NCBI GenBank assembly: GCA_964658305.1
Contig: OZ210885.1
Coordinates: 9,176,001 to 9,240,000, forward strand
Direction: 5' to 3'
Length of the DNA: 64,000 bases
DNA from: Leptogorgia sarmentosa
Taxonomy: Eukaryota
Shown here one piece after another: positions 62,492-64,000 of the stretch. The notes below the pieces were generated by a model. That model had not been told where the DNA came from. It did not search any database and saw nothing but the letters and a program-made list of their open reading frames with translations. How positions within the stretch are numbered: the first letter of the stretch is position 1; every line of letters starts with the position of its first letter. The position numbers and the translations under genes are program-made.

Positions 62492-63005
62492 TTATTTAAG
62501 AAATAGATAACGAGTCGCGTGCCATTATGCTGTTATAATGCACGAGGGAAATGTTGTGAGAATACGAGAGAATCGCGTAAAACACGAGGCGTAGCCGAGT
62601 GTTTTACGCGATTCTCGAGTATTCTCACAACATTGCCCGAGTGCAATTATAACAGCATAATGGCACGCGACGAGTTTTTCTATTTCTTTTATAATATAAG
62701 AGAACATTAGCGCAACAAAAAACTTCGTTAGGAAGATCAAAATTACAATTCTCTTTACATGTAATCAAGCGTGTTCTCAAATGTTACCAAGCAGCAACAC
62801 AGCTTAATTCCTTTACCTGAGTGAAAGCAAACAATTCAAGCGTTTTTTATGGATGTATTTTTAGTATATATGTATTTTTATTGTCTTTTTGTCAAACCAA
62901 AGAGTCGCGGAAGAAATTTAGTAACTAGACGCGTGCATTACGCTGTTATAATGCACGCTCATTAGCCAATCACGTTGCAGATTTTACCCTGCTTATATTA
63001 TAATT
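62492..63005. mobile_element. Hairpin-ended dispersed repeat (about 190-bp palindrome 62500-62690)
   Basis: Near-perfect inverted repeat centred on gaggcgtagccgag; far end carries agccaatca. Confidence 0.65.
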
Positions 63006-63274
63006 TATTTTAAAACTTTGAGTCACATTTCGTTCTTAATACGTTACTTATTAATTGTAAATTATTCGTATTTAAATTTGACTCGAAGTACAGTAACTGT
63101 TTATCAAGTTTTTGAGCTTTGTAAAATTTCAACGACATTTTTAAAGCGAAATCGTTTCGTTGTCGTAGCTATTTTTGTATGTTTTAATACATATTTTTGA
63201 AACGTTTAGTTTGAATTGTGTATTTCACCATTCAGCACTTAAATTTCACTCTACAATATAATTATAACTCATAT

Positions 63275-63433
63275 AATAAACAAATTACTTCATGTTTGAC
63301 TCGTTTGTACGATTTTTATTCACTCGTTGTGAAAGATTAAACTCACTCGTTCGCTGCGCTCACTCGTTCGATCTTTCACAACGTTCGTGAATAAAAATCG
63401 TACGCACTCGTCAACCATGAAGTAATCTCTATT
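63275..63433. repeat. ~155-bp imperfect palindrome (solo hairpin repeat)
   Basis: attacttcatg..cgtttgtacgatttttattcac ... gtgaataaaaatcgtacg..catgaagtaat. Confidence 0.65.
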
Positions 63434-64000
63434 TATTACAGGCAGGCATTTTTGTAAGACGAGTCCAAGTTGTCTGATGATTACGATCAAAGAATACAGT
63501 AGCTCGGAATCATTAGCAATATCGTGTTAATGTCAAAATATCGATTCCGAAGACGCATGATACAGTACATACAAAACATACAACCTGAAACAACAGTCCC
63601 ATGCAATGCTAATAATGGACACATTTATACGATGTTTGCTTCTAACACCATGGTTCAAGGTCTTTTAATATGATACCGCGGGATTTTGCAAATCACGACT
63701 GAATCATGAAGGAATTTCGACATGGTCTCGTAGGATCAACCGTGTCTGGGGTTGTCGAATCGAGGATTTAAAATAGTTCATGAATTACGGACGATGAATG
63801 AGGTCAATATTGTTTCTTACATACCTTCCTGCGTTAATAAGATCCTACGTACGGTCCAAAAATACCATCATAAAAGTTGATTCAGAATTTAACGTTGAAC
63901 TCAAATGACAAATTTGAATTGAACTTCCCTACAAACGCAAAAAAATATGGTTTTTGCCTTTCGCTTATGGTTTTCGTGGTCACGAATTAATCGGTATTAC

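Overview
Eukaryotic, AT-rich, intron-containing animal DNA. The gene and repeat content (DZIP3-type HEPN, CR1/L2-type LINEs, hairpin-ended repeats) suggests a cnidarian, possibly an octocoral; that assignment is an inference. Left to right: (1) part of a minus-strand gene for a probably secreted protein (signal-peptide exon 5398-5455, exon 1410-1892); (2) retroelement relics at 11.7-12.4 kb and tRNA-Cys; (3) a nested DNA-transposon complex at 13.45-18.1 kb containing 19-bp and 88-96-bp satellites; (4) a dense cluster of tRNA genes and pseudogenes at 22.4-29.0 kb with tandem anticodon-switched paralogues; (5) a minus-strand spliced gene joining a death effector domain (DED) to a Pirh2/RCHY1-type CHY-CTCHY-RING-H2 module, with its 5' part hit by two in-frame stops and a near full-length LINE; (6) directly upstream on the same strand, a three-exon gene for a DZIP3-like HEPN domain followed by two duplicated Death domains; (7) many MITEs and a Harbinger transposase fragment. 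The best candidate for an undescribed system is the adjacent pair of death-fold genes: a HEPN putative RNase with Death domains, and a DED-bearing E3 ligase. Exon structures were derived by hand from GT-AG sites and phase matching. Domain calls are motif recognition, not database searches.
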